Positions 19,269 through 28,519 of a stretch of 64,000 nt of DNA are shown one piece after another (the stretch's first letter is position 1; each line of letters starts with the position of its first letter). The stretch comes from an uncultured virus (IMG/VR IMGVR_UViG_3300035130_000143) (taxonomy: Duplodnaviria; Heunggongvirae; Uroviricota; Caudoviricetes). The stretch lies in IMG/VR virus record IMGVR_UViG_3300035130_000143. One strand, 5' to 3'. Below the pieces are notes generated by a model that searched no databases, was not told where the DNA came from, and saw only the letters and a list, made by a program, of their open reading frames with translations. The position numbers and the translations under genes were made by a program.

Positions 19269-19433
19269 CAAAATGTTAGCTGTTAGCAGGTTAGCTGCCC
19301 AACCTATACACCAGAGCATGGTAAAAAAGATTTGAAAAACTCCAACTCAACTTGACTTCCCGAAATTTCGCCGCGAGATTTTACATGTCCTTGTATAGTT
19401 TGACCGATAATGTGATAACATGCTAACATTTTG
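19269..19433. other. putative replication origin (imperfect long inverted repeat with GTTAGC iterons)
   Basis: CAAAATGTTAGC / GCTAACATTTTG ends; immediately 3' of the helicase gene. Confidence 0.5.
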
Positions 19434-19435
19434 CC

Positions 19436-21946
19436 CTAAAACTCGATTTCTGCCGCTATTTCGGCCCCGCTTTTGTATTCTTCATTTGCAAGCGCGTCCT
19501 TACGTATATGTAGAGTTTGCTGTACCTTGCCGTTCACACGCTTGTTCTTGGTATAGCGGCCCTTGTTTTTGGAACTGATAACACCCAGGGCGTCAAGCTG
19601 TTTGTGGAGAGCCAGGGCGCTTATGCCGTTCAGGTCGCCCACCAGGGCCTCGACTGCCCGCCGTGCCACGCTGGGCATTAGGTAAATGCCGTCTGTGTCC
19701 TGCCAGCCCACGAGGCGCAGTTTCTCTTTATCTGTCACCACGGCGGCCATGTCGGGAATAGCTATCTGTTCCACAGCCAACAGTTCACGCAAGGCCCCCA
19801 GGTAGCGTGTAGCCTCTAGCGCCTCGGCAGTCGCTTCGGCCATCGTCGTCGCTACAATCTCCCTCAAGCCTTGCAGGTGTATCTCTTGGTATTTGCGCGC
19901 CAGCGGGCCAATATCGGGGTGCTCGCACATCATTTCCCAGGTAAGTTGGTTGGTTGCCAGGTTAGACGCCACGCGCAGAATATTCACGCTATCAGAACGA
20001 ATAGAGCGCAATGCTTCGGCCCACCCTGAACGGTATTCCTTGAACTTGCCTGCTATACGCGCCACGGTCTCCTGTCCGGTTTCAGTCTCAAGCCATGCGA
20101 TCCAGGCGTTACCCACTGCGCACATTTGACTTGATAGCTCTTGCGCTTTTGACAAAGACTCGTTATCCTCGCCGCTTTGCCACAGAAACGGCACAACCAG
20201 GATGCGTGCCAGGCTGGCCGGGTCGCCGTCTGGCACATCCTCGCCGGTGCAGATAGGCCAGCAGTGAAGCGGCTTGGTGTCGCGCAGCTCGGCGGCGCGG
20301 TTCATTCGCTCCTTTTCGCCCCCCTCTACGATATTGTGTACAATACCCACAAACGCACTGGCCCCGCCGCCTGTGTTGGGCTTGAAATTGTCTATTAAGA
20401 GTGGCAGGTCGTGAGGGATGGTAGCGTTGCCCATCAAGGCGTTATTGGTCGCGCCCTCGCCCCATTTGATGAGCAGTGTATCGTCGGCAAAGCCGGGGCC
20501 GTAAACACACATCAAAGTCTGCGCGAATGTCGTCTTGAGACTGCCGGAGCGACCGCTGATAAAAACTGCATAGCGTTCATTGCCCCATTCTGCCAGACGC
20601 GCAACCGGCGCTTGGAACACCACGGCGGACACGGTGCAAGCCCGCTCCGGTGTCATTGACTGTAAGAGCGCATCCAGGCCCTCAAGGCCCATGTTCAGGT
20701 CTGCGCCAGCATCCACGCGATAGGGTAGTTTACGCCTTAACAAAATCTCGATACCGCTCTGTGGCCTGCCTGGAATGAGAAAGCGCCCATTGTCGGCCCA
20801 GCCTGTCCGCTCGTAGCGCAGGATTTTTTTAATGCTGTTCTCACTCGTAAGCAACTTGATAGCTGGCCCCAGGTGCGCGCCCATCTTGGCCCGCACCGGG
20901 TCCAGGCCCCCGCTGGCAGCGTCCAGTTTAGCGCGCAGCTTGTTGTCACTGCCAAAATCCTCGGCGTCTATCTCCAAGCAAAATGGGCCGCCGCGAATGG
21001 CGCACCCGTCTATGACAAAGAGCTTGTCCCCGCCCTCGCGCATAATTTCGTGCGAGATTGACGCCTGGAAATCGGCGATAGGGTTGCTCACAATTAGTGG
21101 CGCATCATCGTACACCGTGCGCTCCGACAAGTGAACGAGCCGCCCGGCCTTGATGTCGTAGGGCCAGGTAGGCGGGCGCTCCACGTTCACGGCGTTAAGA
21201 ATTTGCCGGGCGGCGTTCGTGCGAATCGTCTCGCGCCACTCGTTTTTTAGCGCCGTCTTTTTGCGCTTCACCAGAATAGGCGGCGTTTCAACCTCTACGA
21301 TAAAAGTGTCAATCTCATCCTCGCTCATGCGGGATTGCATTATAATAGCCTTGAGCAGTTCGTACCAATCGGGCTCGGGCGTCTTTGTCTTGAGTAGAGA
21401 TTGGATCCACTCTTCTTTGCGCTGCTTGAGGGCTGCCAGGGCGGCCATAGCGCCAGGCCCATCAAGCGGGCCGTCCTGCTTTTTTTCGCCGCGCCGGGCC
21501 AGCGCATCCCCCAGCGCCCCGTCAAACTCGGCCACGCTCAGGCCCAACCGCTCCCGCAAAACGCGCCGATAGGCAATGTGTTCCGTGGGCGTCTTTTGCG
21601 CTATCAAGTCGAAGGCCGAGGCCAGCGCGTCTGGGCTTGCGCCGTTCTCGCTCAAGGCCTCCACCATATCCGCTATCACGCCGTCAGTCAGCCAGCTCGT
21701 ATCGTCGCCGGCGCGGGCCGGCGCGTCAATGCCGATCATAGCGCAAACGCGCGCCCCGGCCTGGCGGTCGGCCAGTTGGGCGCGAATAGAGGCTATTACC
21801 TGCGCGCGCTCGTTCTGGTCAATGTCTGCCAGCAACGAGCGAATATATGCAACTTTTTCATCCTGGTCCAGGTATGGGTCATCACTTTCTATGAGGTTAC
21901 AGAGGTACACCGCATCATATACGGCCAATTGGCCCGCGTCGCTCAT
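19436..21946 (-). CDS. replicative helicase/initiator, DUF927/Cch-like P-loop ATPase
   Basis: 836 aa; GRSGSLKTT Walker A, LLIDN Walker B, KERMNRAAELR, ICTGE. Confidence 0.8.
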   Translation of the reverse strand: MSDAGQLAVYDAVYLCNLIESDDPYLDQDEKVAYIRSLLADIDQNERAQVIASIRAQLADRQAGARVCAMIGIDAPARAGDDTSWLTDGVIADMVEALSENGASPDALASAFDLIAQKTPTEHIAYRRVLRERLGLSVAEFDGALGDALARRGEKKQDGPLDGPGAMAALAALKQRKEEWIQSLLKTKTPEPDWYELLKAIIMQSRMSEDEIDTFIVEVETPPILVKRKKTALKNEWRETIRTNAARQILNAVNVERPPTWPYDIKAGRLVHLSERTVYDDAPLIVSNPIADFQASISHEIMREGGDKLFVIDGCAIRGGPFCLEIDAEDFGSDNKLRAKLDAASGGLDPVRAKMGAHLGPAIKLLTSENSIKKILRYERTGWADNGRFLIPGRPQSGIEILLRRKLPYRVDAGADLNMGLEGLDALLQSMTPERACTVSAVVFQAPVARLAEWGNERYAVFISGRSGSLKTTFAQTLMCVYGPGFADDTLLIKWGEGATNNALMGNATIPHDLPLLIDNFKPNTGGGASAFVGIVHNIVEGGEKERMNRAAELRDTKPLHCWPICTGEDVPDGDPASLARILVVPFLWQSGEDNESLSKAQELSSQMCAVGNAWIAWLETETGQETVARIAGKFKEYRSGWAEALRSIRSDSVNILRVASNLATNQLTWEMMCEHPDIGPLARKYQEIHLQGLREIVATTMAEATAEALEATRYLGALRELLAVEQIAIPDMAAVVTDKEKLRLVGWQDTDGIYLMPSVARRAVEALVGDLNGISALALHKQLDALGVISSKNKGRYTKNKRVNGKVQQTLHIRKDALANEEYKSGAEIAAEIEF

Positions 21947-22565
21947 GTCTACACGTCCTTATTCCCCCTGCGCTGGGGCGCTAAACCGCCTCTTTTACTC
22001 GCTCTTTTTTCAATTCTATGGCCTGTTCCCACACAGCGAGCTCAACGAGATCGCCAAAGCGCCGTGCTCGCCTTGCGAACCAACGCAAGTCGTGCAGTGT
22101 AAAGTGCAAATACCCACGCGCCTTCTCGTCTAGTGCGGCTCGATTTTTCCACCAGGGTTTATCGTTGTTCATAAGCCCGATCCTCGTCTCTCCGCGCCAG
22201 GGGCGCTAACTACGCTCCGCACTCCCCGAATCCGCCAGGACACTCATCTCTATCTGGGCAATCGTCACAGGGCGACGCCAGTCGGGGCGCTGGCGTATGG
22301 TCTGCGAATTGAGCTAACACTGATTCGTTCCGGCGCGCCAGAAATTGCGCGGCTAGTTTTTCCCCACACTGCCAGCACAGAAAGTCGCCCGGCGCTTTTG
22401 CGCGTCCGCAGTCGCAGAGACCGTCATCCTCTAGCTGTGCTGGTAGCGTATTGGCCCACGCGAGACCGGTTCCCAAGTATGTCATGATTCACTCTCCCTT
22501 GTCGGCCAGTAATAATTCAACTCTGCCACTTCCTCAAAGCCCGCGTAAAACTCCGGGTCCTTGAA

Positions 22566-22717
22566 CCAACACCCCATGCGCACATGGAGCGCACGCTGGC
22601 ATACGAACGGGCTTGTGTATTCTGGACCAACACCCCATGCGCACATGGAGCGCACGCGCGGTAGGAGCCGGTCCACGCTCGCTATAGTCCAACACCCCAT
22701 GCGCACATGGAGCGCAC
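22566..22717 (-). CRISPR. CRISPR-like mini-array: three identical 29-bp repeats GTGCGCTCCATGTGCGCATGGGGTGTTGG, spacers of 33 and 32 bp
   Basis: repeats at 22566-22594, 22627-22655, 22689-22717; internal hairpin CTCCATG-TGCG-CATGGGG; unique spacers. Confidence 0.85.
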
Positions 22718-22830
22718 ACTAAAAACTTAGTGTGCATCCAGGTTTTATTCTGCAAGCAGATACCAGGTTCCTGGTTCACAGTAGTGCATTTCATCGCACT
22801 AACTCCCCAGGCAAGCATCGTCTGTTTGAC
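22689..22830 (-). ncRNA. putative TnpB omegaRNA/tracr-like scaffold overlapping the tnpB 3' end and running into the first repeat
   Basis: GCCTGGGGAG...GTGAACCAGGAA (resembles IS605/IS607 omegaRNA motifs) and a hairpin pairing with the repeat 5' end. Confidence 0.6.
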
Positions 22831-24025
22831 GACTCACTAAAGCGGCCAGGTTCAATGCCGCATTTTCGTCTCTGTCAATGACACCGCCGCAACTATCACA
22901 ACGGTATTCCCTGTCTGACAATTTCAAATCCGACTTGATTGCTCCGCACATCGAACAACGTTTACTCGACGGCTCCCACCTATCAGCCAGCATGACCTTG
23001 CTGCCAACCCAGCGAGCTTTGTACTCAACCTGCCTGCGCAGCTCTCCCCACCCAACATCGCCTATAGCCTGCGCCAGACAATGATTTTTCATCATCCCGC
23101 TGACGTTCAAGTTCTCAAGAACAATGACGGATGGTTTTAATTGAAAAGTCAGGTAAGAACTGATTTCGTGCAATGTGTATTTACGAGCATTGGCAAGATC
23201 AAAGCAAGCTCGTTGCAACTTAGCTTTGGTTTTCAGCCAGTTTGCGCCGCCTTTCTTTCGCCTTGCTAATTCACGGTTCAGTCTATCAATTTTTCTCTGT
23301 GCATTTTTTAGATGTCTTGGGTTTTCAAAGACCTTGCCATTGGAGCACACCGCAAGGCTCTTTATTCCAAAATCAACACCGATAACCTTGCCACTTGTTT
23401 CCAGTTGTTCAATTTCTTCCTCTACCAATACTGAGATAAACCATCGTCCTGCATGCTCTGAAACTGTAGCGTATGTTCCATATTTCGCAGCATCGGTTGG
23501 GATGTAGTCTCGCTCCTTGAGTTTGATAAGGCCAATGCGGGTTAAGCGCACATGGTCAGAGTAAACTTTTGTGCTGGTCAATTGGAATGATTTCCCATCC
23601 TTGTGTCGGCTTTTGAACTGAGGATAACCAGGGTCAAGTTGGAATCCTTTGCGACCTTTTCTCAACCGTTTCCTACAATGCTTCTCCCACTTTCCAGACC
23701 TTTTCAAATCGGAGATACGCTTGACAACCGTGCCGTCTTTCTTCTCCTTAAAATACCGAGTGAAGGCACTGTCTAGGTTTCTGAAAGTTGCCTCTGTTAT
23801 AGCGTAGGGCACTGCTACCACCCAGGGGCATTGTTCATGCTTAAGGGCATTAAAGGCTTTCTTTTGAGCCAGCTTGCTAGTTGTCTCTTTTTGAGCATAT
23901 CTGCGCTCATGGTCTGCCAGTGCCCAATTGTAAACAAATCGAGATACGTCTGTACATTGCTTCAGAAACGCTCTCTGCTTATCATTAGGGTCAAGCTCTG
24001 TTTTATATGCTCGTAAAATTTTCAT
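22799..24025 (-). CDS. tnpB: RNA-guided endonuclease TnpB (IS605/IS607 OrfB; Cas12-like), RuvC triad intact, no tnpA nearby
   Basis: RAYKTELDPN N-terminus; GVDFG, VLENLNV, DRDENAALNL; CSMC...CDSC zinc finger. Confidence 0.95.
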   Translation of the reverse strand: MKILRAYKTELDPNDKQRAFLKQCTDVSRFVYNWALADHERRYAQKETTSKLAQKKAFNALKHEQCPWVVAVPYAITEATFRNLDSAFTRYFKEKKDGTVVKRISDLKRSGKWEKHCRKRLRKGRKGFQLDPGYPQFKSRHKDGKSFQLTSTKVYSDHVRLTRIGLIKLKERDYIPTDAAKYGTYATVSEHAGRWFISVLVEEEIEQLETSGKVIGVDFGIKSLAVCSNGKVFENPRHLKNAQRKIDRLNRELARRKKGGANWLKTKAKLQRACFDLANARKYTLHEISSYLTFQLKPSVIVLENLNVSGMMKNHCLAQAIGDVGWGELRRQVEYKARWVGSKVMLADRWEPSSKRCSMCGAIKSDLKLSDREYRCDSCGGVIDRDENAALNLAALVSRQTDDACLGS

Positions 24026-24042
24026 GCTCATCAATCATCATA

Positions 24043-24120
24043 CCAATACCCCACACACCTACGGGGTACACTCAATATCCCAATTTCCTGACCAATGCCC
24101 CCTGCGCCTTCGGGGTCCAC
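24043..24120 (-). repeat. two degenerate 29-bp copies of the array repeat upstream of tnpB, 20 bp apart
   Basis: GTGGACCCCGAAGGCGCAGGGGGCATTGG (24120-24092) and GTGTACCCCGTAGGTGTGTGGGGTATTGG (24071-24043); each 19/29 identical to the array repeat without gaps. Confidence 0.65.
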
Positions 24121-24128
24121 GTACAAAT

Positions 24129-24533
24129 TCACTGCTGCGCTAGGTACATCAGGACGGCCTGGACATGCTCACAGTTGCCACGTAAGCAGGTGCAGGTCCC
24201 GAAATCTTCTGTGCGCATTTCCACCACGCACGGGCCGTCCACATCTGGCACGATGTAAACATCGGCGGCCCAACTGTGCGGCTTGACCAGAGCAGCCATA
24301 GCCCGCAATGTGCCCACAGGCCATTGCTCAAGCAAAGCGACTATTTCATCAGCAGCCTTGCTTGCACTCTCGTCAAGGCAGGCGCACTGAATGGCCGATT
24401 TTATAATGTCTCTGATTCTATCTTTCACGGTGCTCTCTCTACTGACTCCACCACTTGCCAAGCACGCCGCAAGAGGTCGTAGGCCCGACTCTTGGCGGCG
24501 CGCAACTGGCGTAAATAAGCTGGCGTCCATCAT
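24129..24533 (-). CDS. SWIM-type zinc-finger protein
   Basis: CTC....CEHVQAV; paralogs at 29785 and 30374. Confidence 0.6.
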   Translation of the reverse strand: MMDASLFTPVARRQESGLRPLAACLASGGVSRESTVKDRIRDIIKSAIQCACLDESASKAADEIVALLEQWPVGTLRAMAALVKPHSWAADVYIVPDVDGPCVVEMRTEDFGTCTCLRGNCEHVQAVLMYLAQQ

Positions 24534-24777
24534 TCTTGGGGCACTGGTGGAGTTTAGAGATTGGCATTATTCACAGTACCAAGTCAATTTGCCGTTCAAT
24601 CTGTGAACTGCTCCTACCTCTCTCTTCTCTTCCATCTCAAACGCCTGCGCACTGATTCTGGCTTTCCAAAGACGTTCTAGTTTATCGCGCACCTTTCCTA
24701 TATCATCCACGGCAAGCACTGTGTTTCTTCTAGCATGTGTTTTGTAGTATATCTTGAACATTTTAGCACTCCCTAGA

Positions 24778-24817
24778 AACAAAAAAGACCTTCCCAAACT
24801 CTAATGGCCTTGCGGCC
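24778..24817 (-). repeat. 40-bp direct repeat shared with 26966-27005 (3' arm of a leader hairpin/terminator)
   Basis: AACAAAAAAGACCTTCCCAAACTCTAATGGCCTTGCGGCC at both sites. Confidence 0.85.
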
Positions 24818-25486
24818 AGTGAATTCTCACATTTGATGTCCATGTATCGGGCAAGTCCAGCCGCCCGCTAATTCTCCCGGTCTGTAATTGGGACACACGC
24901 ACTGTTTATAGGTGAGTGTTTGATCTGCCAAATTGATCTCAGGTGCAGCAGAGCCGCTCCACACAAATACTGACTTGGTATTATCCCTAACTTCTAAAAG
25001 CAAGTCGCGAATTTCTTTCAGTAAATCCAGCGCTTGCTCCTGTCTTTCGCGTGCATAATATCTTTCGCGTACATAATATCTGTCGCGTTGAAATGACATG
25101 TCTATCTCTCCTTCAGGTAAAAAAACCTGTCTAGTTATTTGTAAATATGTCCTGACTGAAATCACGGGCGACCACAATTCTCCCCTTGGTGTACCCCTGG
25201 GGTTCAATTAAATCGCTATAGCCATCACGGCGAACCATATAGCCAATAGCATTGCGCTACGCTCATCGTCGCTTCCCTTTTCCTCGCCTAAAAATGCCAA
25301 GAGTGCCAACGTGCAGGATACAACAACGAAGATTCCTCTAATTTCCTCTATCATTTGTGCTTTCTCCTTTTCTCAGGGTGTACCAGAGGTGTGCTCAAGT
25401 CATCCCCTGATCTGTGTCACGCCACAAATCGCGCCTCGTCTGCCGACAGGGCAATCTCAAAACTATTGCGACTTGGTGAACTGTGT

Positions 25487-25819
25487 TCATTTTCCTTTCA
25501 TCTCCCGAGCCTTTGCGCTACCCTCAGCCCAGATGTTGAATGCCAGGTCTGTCCCGAAGCTGCAAAAGTCGTCGGGCCACGGGGAAAGCTGCCCATATTC
25601 ATCTACATCAATCTCTTGACCTTGCCAACAAAATACCACGGCGTTGGCCTCTATTTCGTCCCGGATCACGGCTAGGCGAATGCGGTCAATCATGTTCTCC
25701 GTTGAGAAAAAAGCCTCGTAGGGCATGAACGCTTTCAGGCGTTGCCATTCTTCCTCAATGGCAAAGTCCGACACAGCCTTGCCCCCTGGTACGAAATGCA
25801 CCCTCGTCACTTTTCCCAT
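25487..25819 (-). CDS. hypothetical protein
   Basis: 110-aa ORF in the operon. Confidence 0.55.
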   Translation of the reverse strand: MGKVTRVHFVPGGKAVSDFAIEEEWQRLKAFMPYEAFFSTENMIDRIRLAVIRDEIEANAVVFCWQGQEIDVDEYGQLSPWPDDFCSFGTDLAFNIWAEGSAKAREMKGK

Positions 25820-26949
25820 CTCGCCGTGGGATAGGTCCAGTTCGGCGCGGGCTCAGTTTGCCAGTTCATCGGCGGTCGGTGGTTTCGGCATCGTTTTCTT
25901 TCCTTTGGACTGCTGCCCATTCTTCCCACAAATCGCCAAGTAATTGCCCCGTCTTTCGTGGGCCGTTCATGGCCCGCGTCCACCCTTGACTATGCGGATA
26001 GCACAGATTGTCACCCGCGAACGTGCGAGTATAGGCTTTCCTGGCACAAAAATCACAGGCGTCTCTGGTGGGTTTAAGCATTGTCATCCCCCATTTCCGC
26101 ACAGGGATACGCTTGGTATAATTCAGCAAACTGCTTGACTGCTGCTTCAATGGCTTCTGCCACAGACATCTCCAAAACCTTGCGGCTGTATACAACAGTC
26201 TCCATGCCAACCATAGCCTTAGAAGTCATCAACAATACGTCATCGGCGTACAGTGTCGATGACCAGGCCGATAGCGCAACCTCTACAACGTTTTGTTCGA
26301 TAGTTTGGTACTTTGGCCCACGCCAGGTTTGTTTGCGGTGGTAGAGCAGTTGGTAACTAGCGTTTTGGGTTCGATATTGCTCAATCATTGTTTTTCCTTT
26401 CCTCATGCTGTAACTCCAGGGTATGCTACTCTGCGCTCGCACGCAAGTGATAATGGTGGCTTTCGTATTGCGGCGGCTCCCCCACGGGGATAACCATAAG
26501 TTCTGGCAAGCCTGCTGAATCATCATTGTATGACCAGCGCCGCACACGGCAGAATCGGGCATGTTTTCGAGGGCATTCATAGCTATTCTCGTCTATGAAA
26601 TCCACTACAACGCCGTGTACACGCTTGTCCCCATTTGCCAGAGTGACGGGCGATCCCCGCCGATTGCCACCGCCGAAAATTCTCCAATCTGTAAAAATCT
26701 CGTCCATAAAACTAAAACGGCAGATCATCAGCCGTGGCCGCCACACGGTCCAGTTGCGCGTCGCACGCGCCAAGCTCGCCGCAACCACAGGGGCACGGTT
26801 CTAGCGGGAATTGCTCCCTGAGTGATTTGCGCCGCTCGGTTCTCTTTGCTGCAATCGGGCGGTTCATCTTTGGGTAGCCCCACAACAGAATACCCAGACC
26901 ATCGTTGTATAGGCGGGTATAGCTCGTGTTGATTTTTGATGCGTTCATG

Positions 26950-27179
26950 ATTCTCTCCTTCAGGTAACAAAAAAGACCTTCCCAAACTCTAATGGCCTTG
27001 CGGCCCCGGTGAAATTCTGAACGTGTTAAAGCGTGGCAATCGCCTACGTTGCAAAATAGCCCAAGACCACTAGAGTCTGCAAAGGTCTTTATTTTACCGG
27101 GTTTATTGTTGTTAATTCCCCCCGGCTTGCCATTCCGACGGGGCTACTCTATTCTATACGATTTTGCCGCGCGTGTCAA
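26950..27179 (-). promoter_or_regulatory. promoter TTGACA-17-TAGAAT (27151-27179) plus a structured attenuator/antisense-type leader
   Basis: long inverted repeat AAAGACC..ACTCTAGTGGTCTTG / CAAGGCCATTAGAGT..GGTCTTT followed by a T run and SD. Confidence 0.65.
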
Positions 27180-27392
27180 TACCCAGTTCTGTTGTATTCC
27201 CCCACATGCCAGACGCCACACAATACTTCGGCGGTCTCCTGCGCCACGGCTCTGAGTCAATGTGCGCCGTGGGCTGACTGCCGTGGCGCGCTCTATTGCG
27301 CCGCTGTGCCGCCGCTCGCGCCCGGGACGACCAAATGCGTCGGGCAATGATAGCTGCGCAGGATAGTTCATTGGGGGAGATGTCGGTCATTG

Positions 27393-27890
27393 TCACTGCA
27401 TCTCGTCACGTCGCTGCAAGACCAGCGACCACAGGAAGCCGCCCAAGACCTTTGCCCCAAATTGCTTGAGACAAATGTCCCATAGAATCGGGAGCCCAAA
27501 GGCCCCGACGGGGAACGCCAGCGAGTCAACCGCTGACGACAGCAGATTGCTTCCGTTGATACGCTTCCAGCGCGGCCTGTCTCGCAGGGCGTGATAGAGC
27601 ATCGCGTCGGCGGCCCCGGCCAGGGCAAACGCCGCGAACGAGGCCAAGGCAATGCGCCCGGCGTTGCGATTCAAAGCGTAGGACAATATCGATCCGCTGA
27701 TTATGAGCAAGACCATCTTGCGCCATAGTTTGTCATGCCGCCAAGCGTCATGTAATCCATCGCGGGCCGTCAAGTCTAGTCCGATAAATGCAAAAGCATT
27801 AAATACACTCGCATTCGGCCCAAAATGGGCCGTCACCAAGTTGGCCGCCACGATAGCAACCAGGTACAAAGTTATGTAAAGCATTTTCAA
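27393..27890 (-). CDS. VUT/YhhQ-family (queuosine precursor) transporter
   Basis: AIVAANL...GLDLTARD..H..W, IALAS..AF, RINGSN..S..VDS..F, KV.GG..W. Confidence 0.85.
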   Translation of the reverse strand: MKMLYITLYLVAIVAANLVTAHFGPNASVFNAFAFIGLDLTARDGLHDAWRHDKLWRKMVLLIISGSILSYALNRNAGRIALASFAAFALAGAADAMLYHALRDRPRWKRINGSNLLSSAVDSLAFPVGAFGLPILWDICLKQFGAKVLGGFLWSLVLQRRDEMQ

Positions 27891-28519
27891 AATCCTTTCA
27901 ATCTTCTCTGCCCCGCTCTTGCGCGCATGTGCGGCAAGATGTATTTTAGTTTGCCGTCCGGCTCGATGGCAAACCCCGTCCCGTCAAATGATTCCGCGAA
28001 ATCCCAAAAATGGTACATGCGCTTTTTGGAGTTGACACGCCCTATATGTCTCCACAGCCCGCGCTCGCCAGCCTCGACTAGCAACGCGATAACCTCTTGA
28101 GACATTTTCCACTCTGTCGTTCCGCCCACGAAAACAGCGTCCAGGGCGTCCCAGGGAACCATCTCGCTTGTGATTCCATCTTGCAACGCCGGGGCCACGG
28201 GGAAGCCCAAGCCCTTGAGTGACTTATGCCAATGTGGAAAGCGACTCAAGGTTGCTTTTGCATCCCCCACTACGTCGGGAGCAACCACAAACAAGCAGCG
28301 TGGCGCAAAGTCCGTCAGCGTCGCCAGCCATTCCACGAACGGACGCGGGCTAAAGTTCTCATTGAAACAGTCATTGTCTGCCGCCCAGGGCGCACTACCA
28401 TTGCGCAAAAATCCAGGCACGCCACGCTTGCGGATGGAAATGAAATACCCAAAGTGAGCAGGGTGTTTACAAACATGCTCAAAATACAATGGGGTTGCAG
28501 TAGAATTGAGCAACATCAT
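27887..28519 (-). CDS. putative TGT/DpdA-like TIM-barrel enzyme
   Basis: WAADNDCF, APDVVGD, ALQDG, VFVGG, HIGRVN, ESFDGTG; translationally coupled to the VUT gene. Confidence 0.5.
   Translation of the reverse strand: MMLLNSTATPLYFEHVCKHPAHFGYFISIRKRGVPGFLRNGSAPWAADNDCFNENFSPRPFVEWLATLTDFAPRCLFVVAPDVVGDAKATLSRFPHWHKSLKGLGFPVAPALQDGITSEMVPWDALDAVFVGGTTEWKMSQEVIALLVEAGERGLWRHIGRVNSKKRMYHFWDFAESFDGTGFAIEPDGKLKYILPHMRARAGQRRLKGF

Noticed and set aside
22482..22818. ORFs 22482-22706 and 22534-22818 with repeated peptides
   Set aside because: They are translations of the repeat array and scaffold, not credible proteins
24030..24034. TTGAT (ISDra2-type TAM) just upstream of tnpB
   Set aside because: A 5-mer is expected by chance and no left-end hairpin lies between it and the gene
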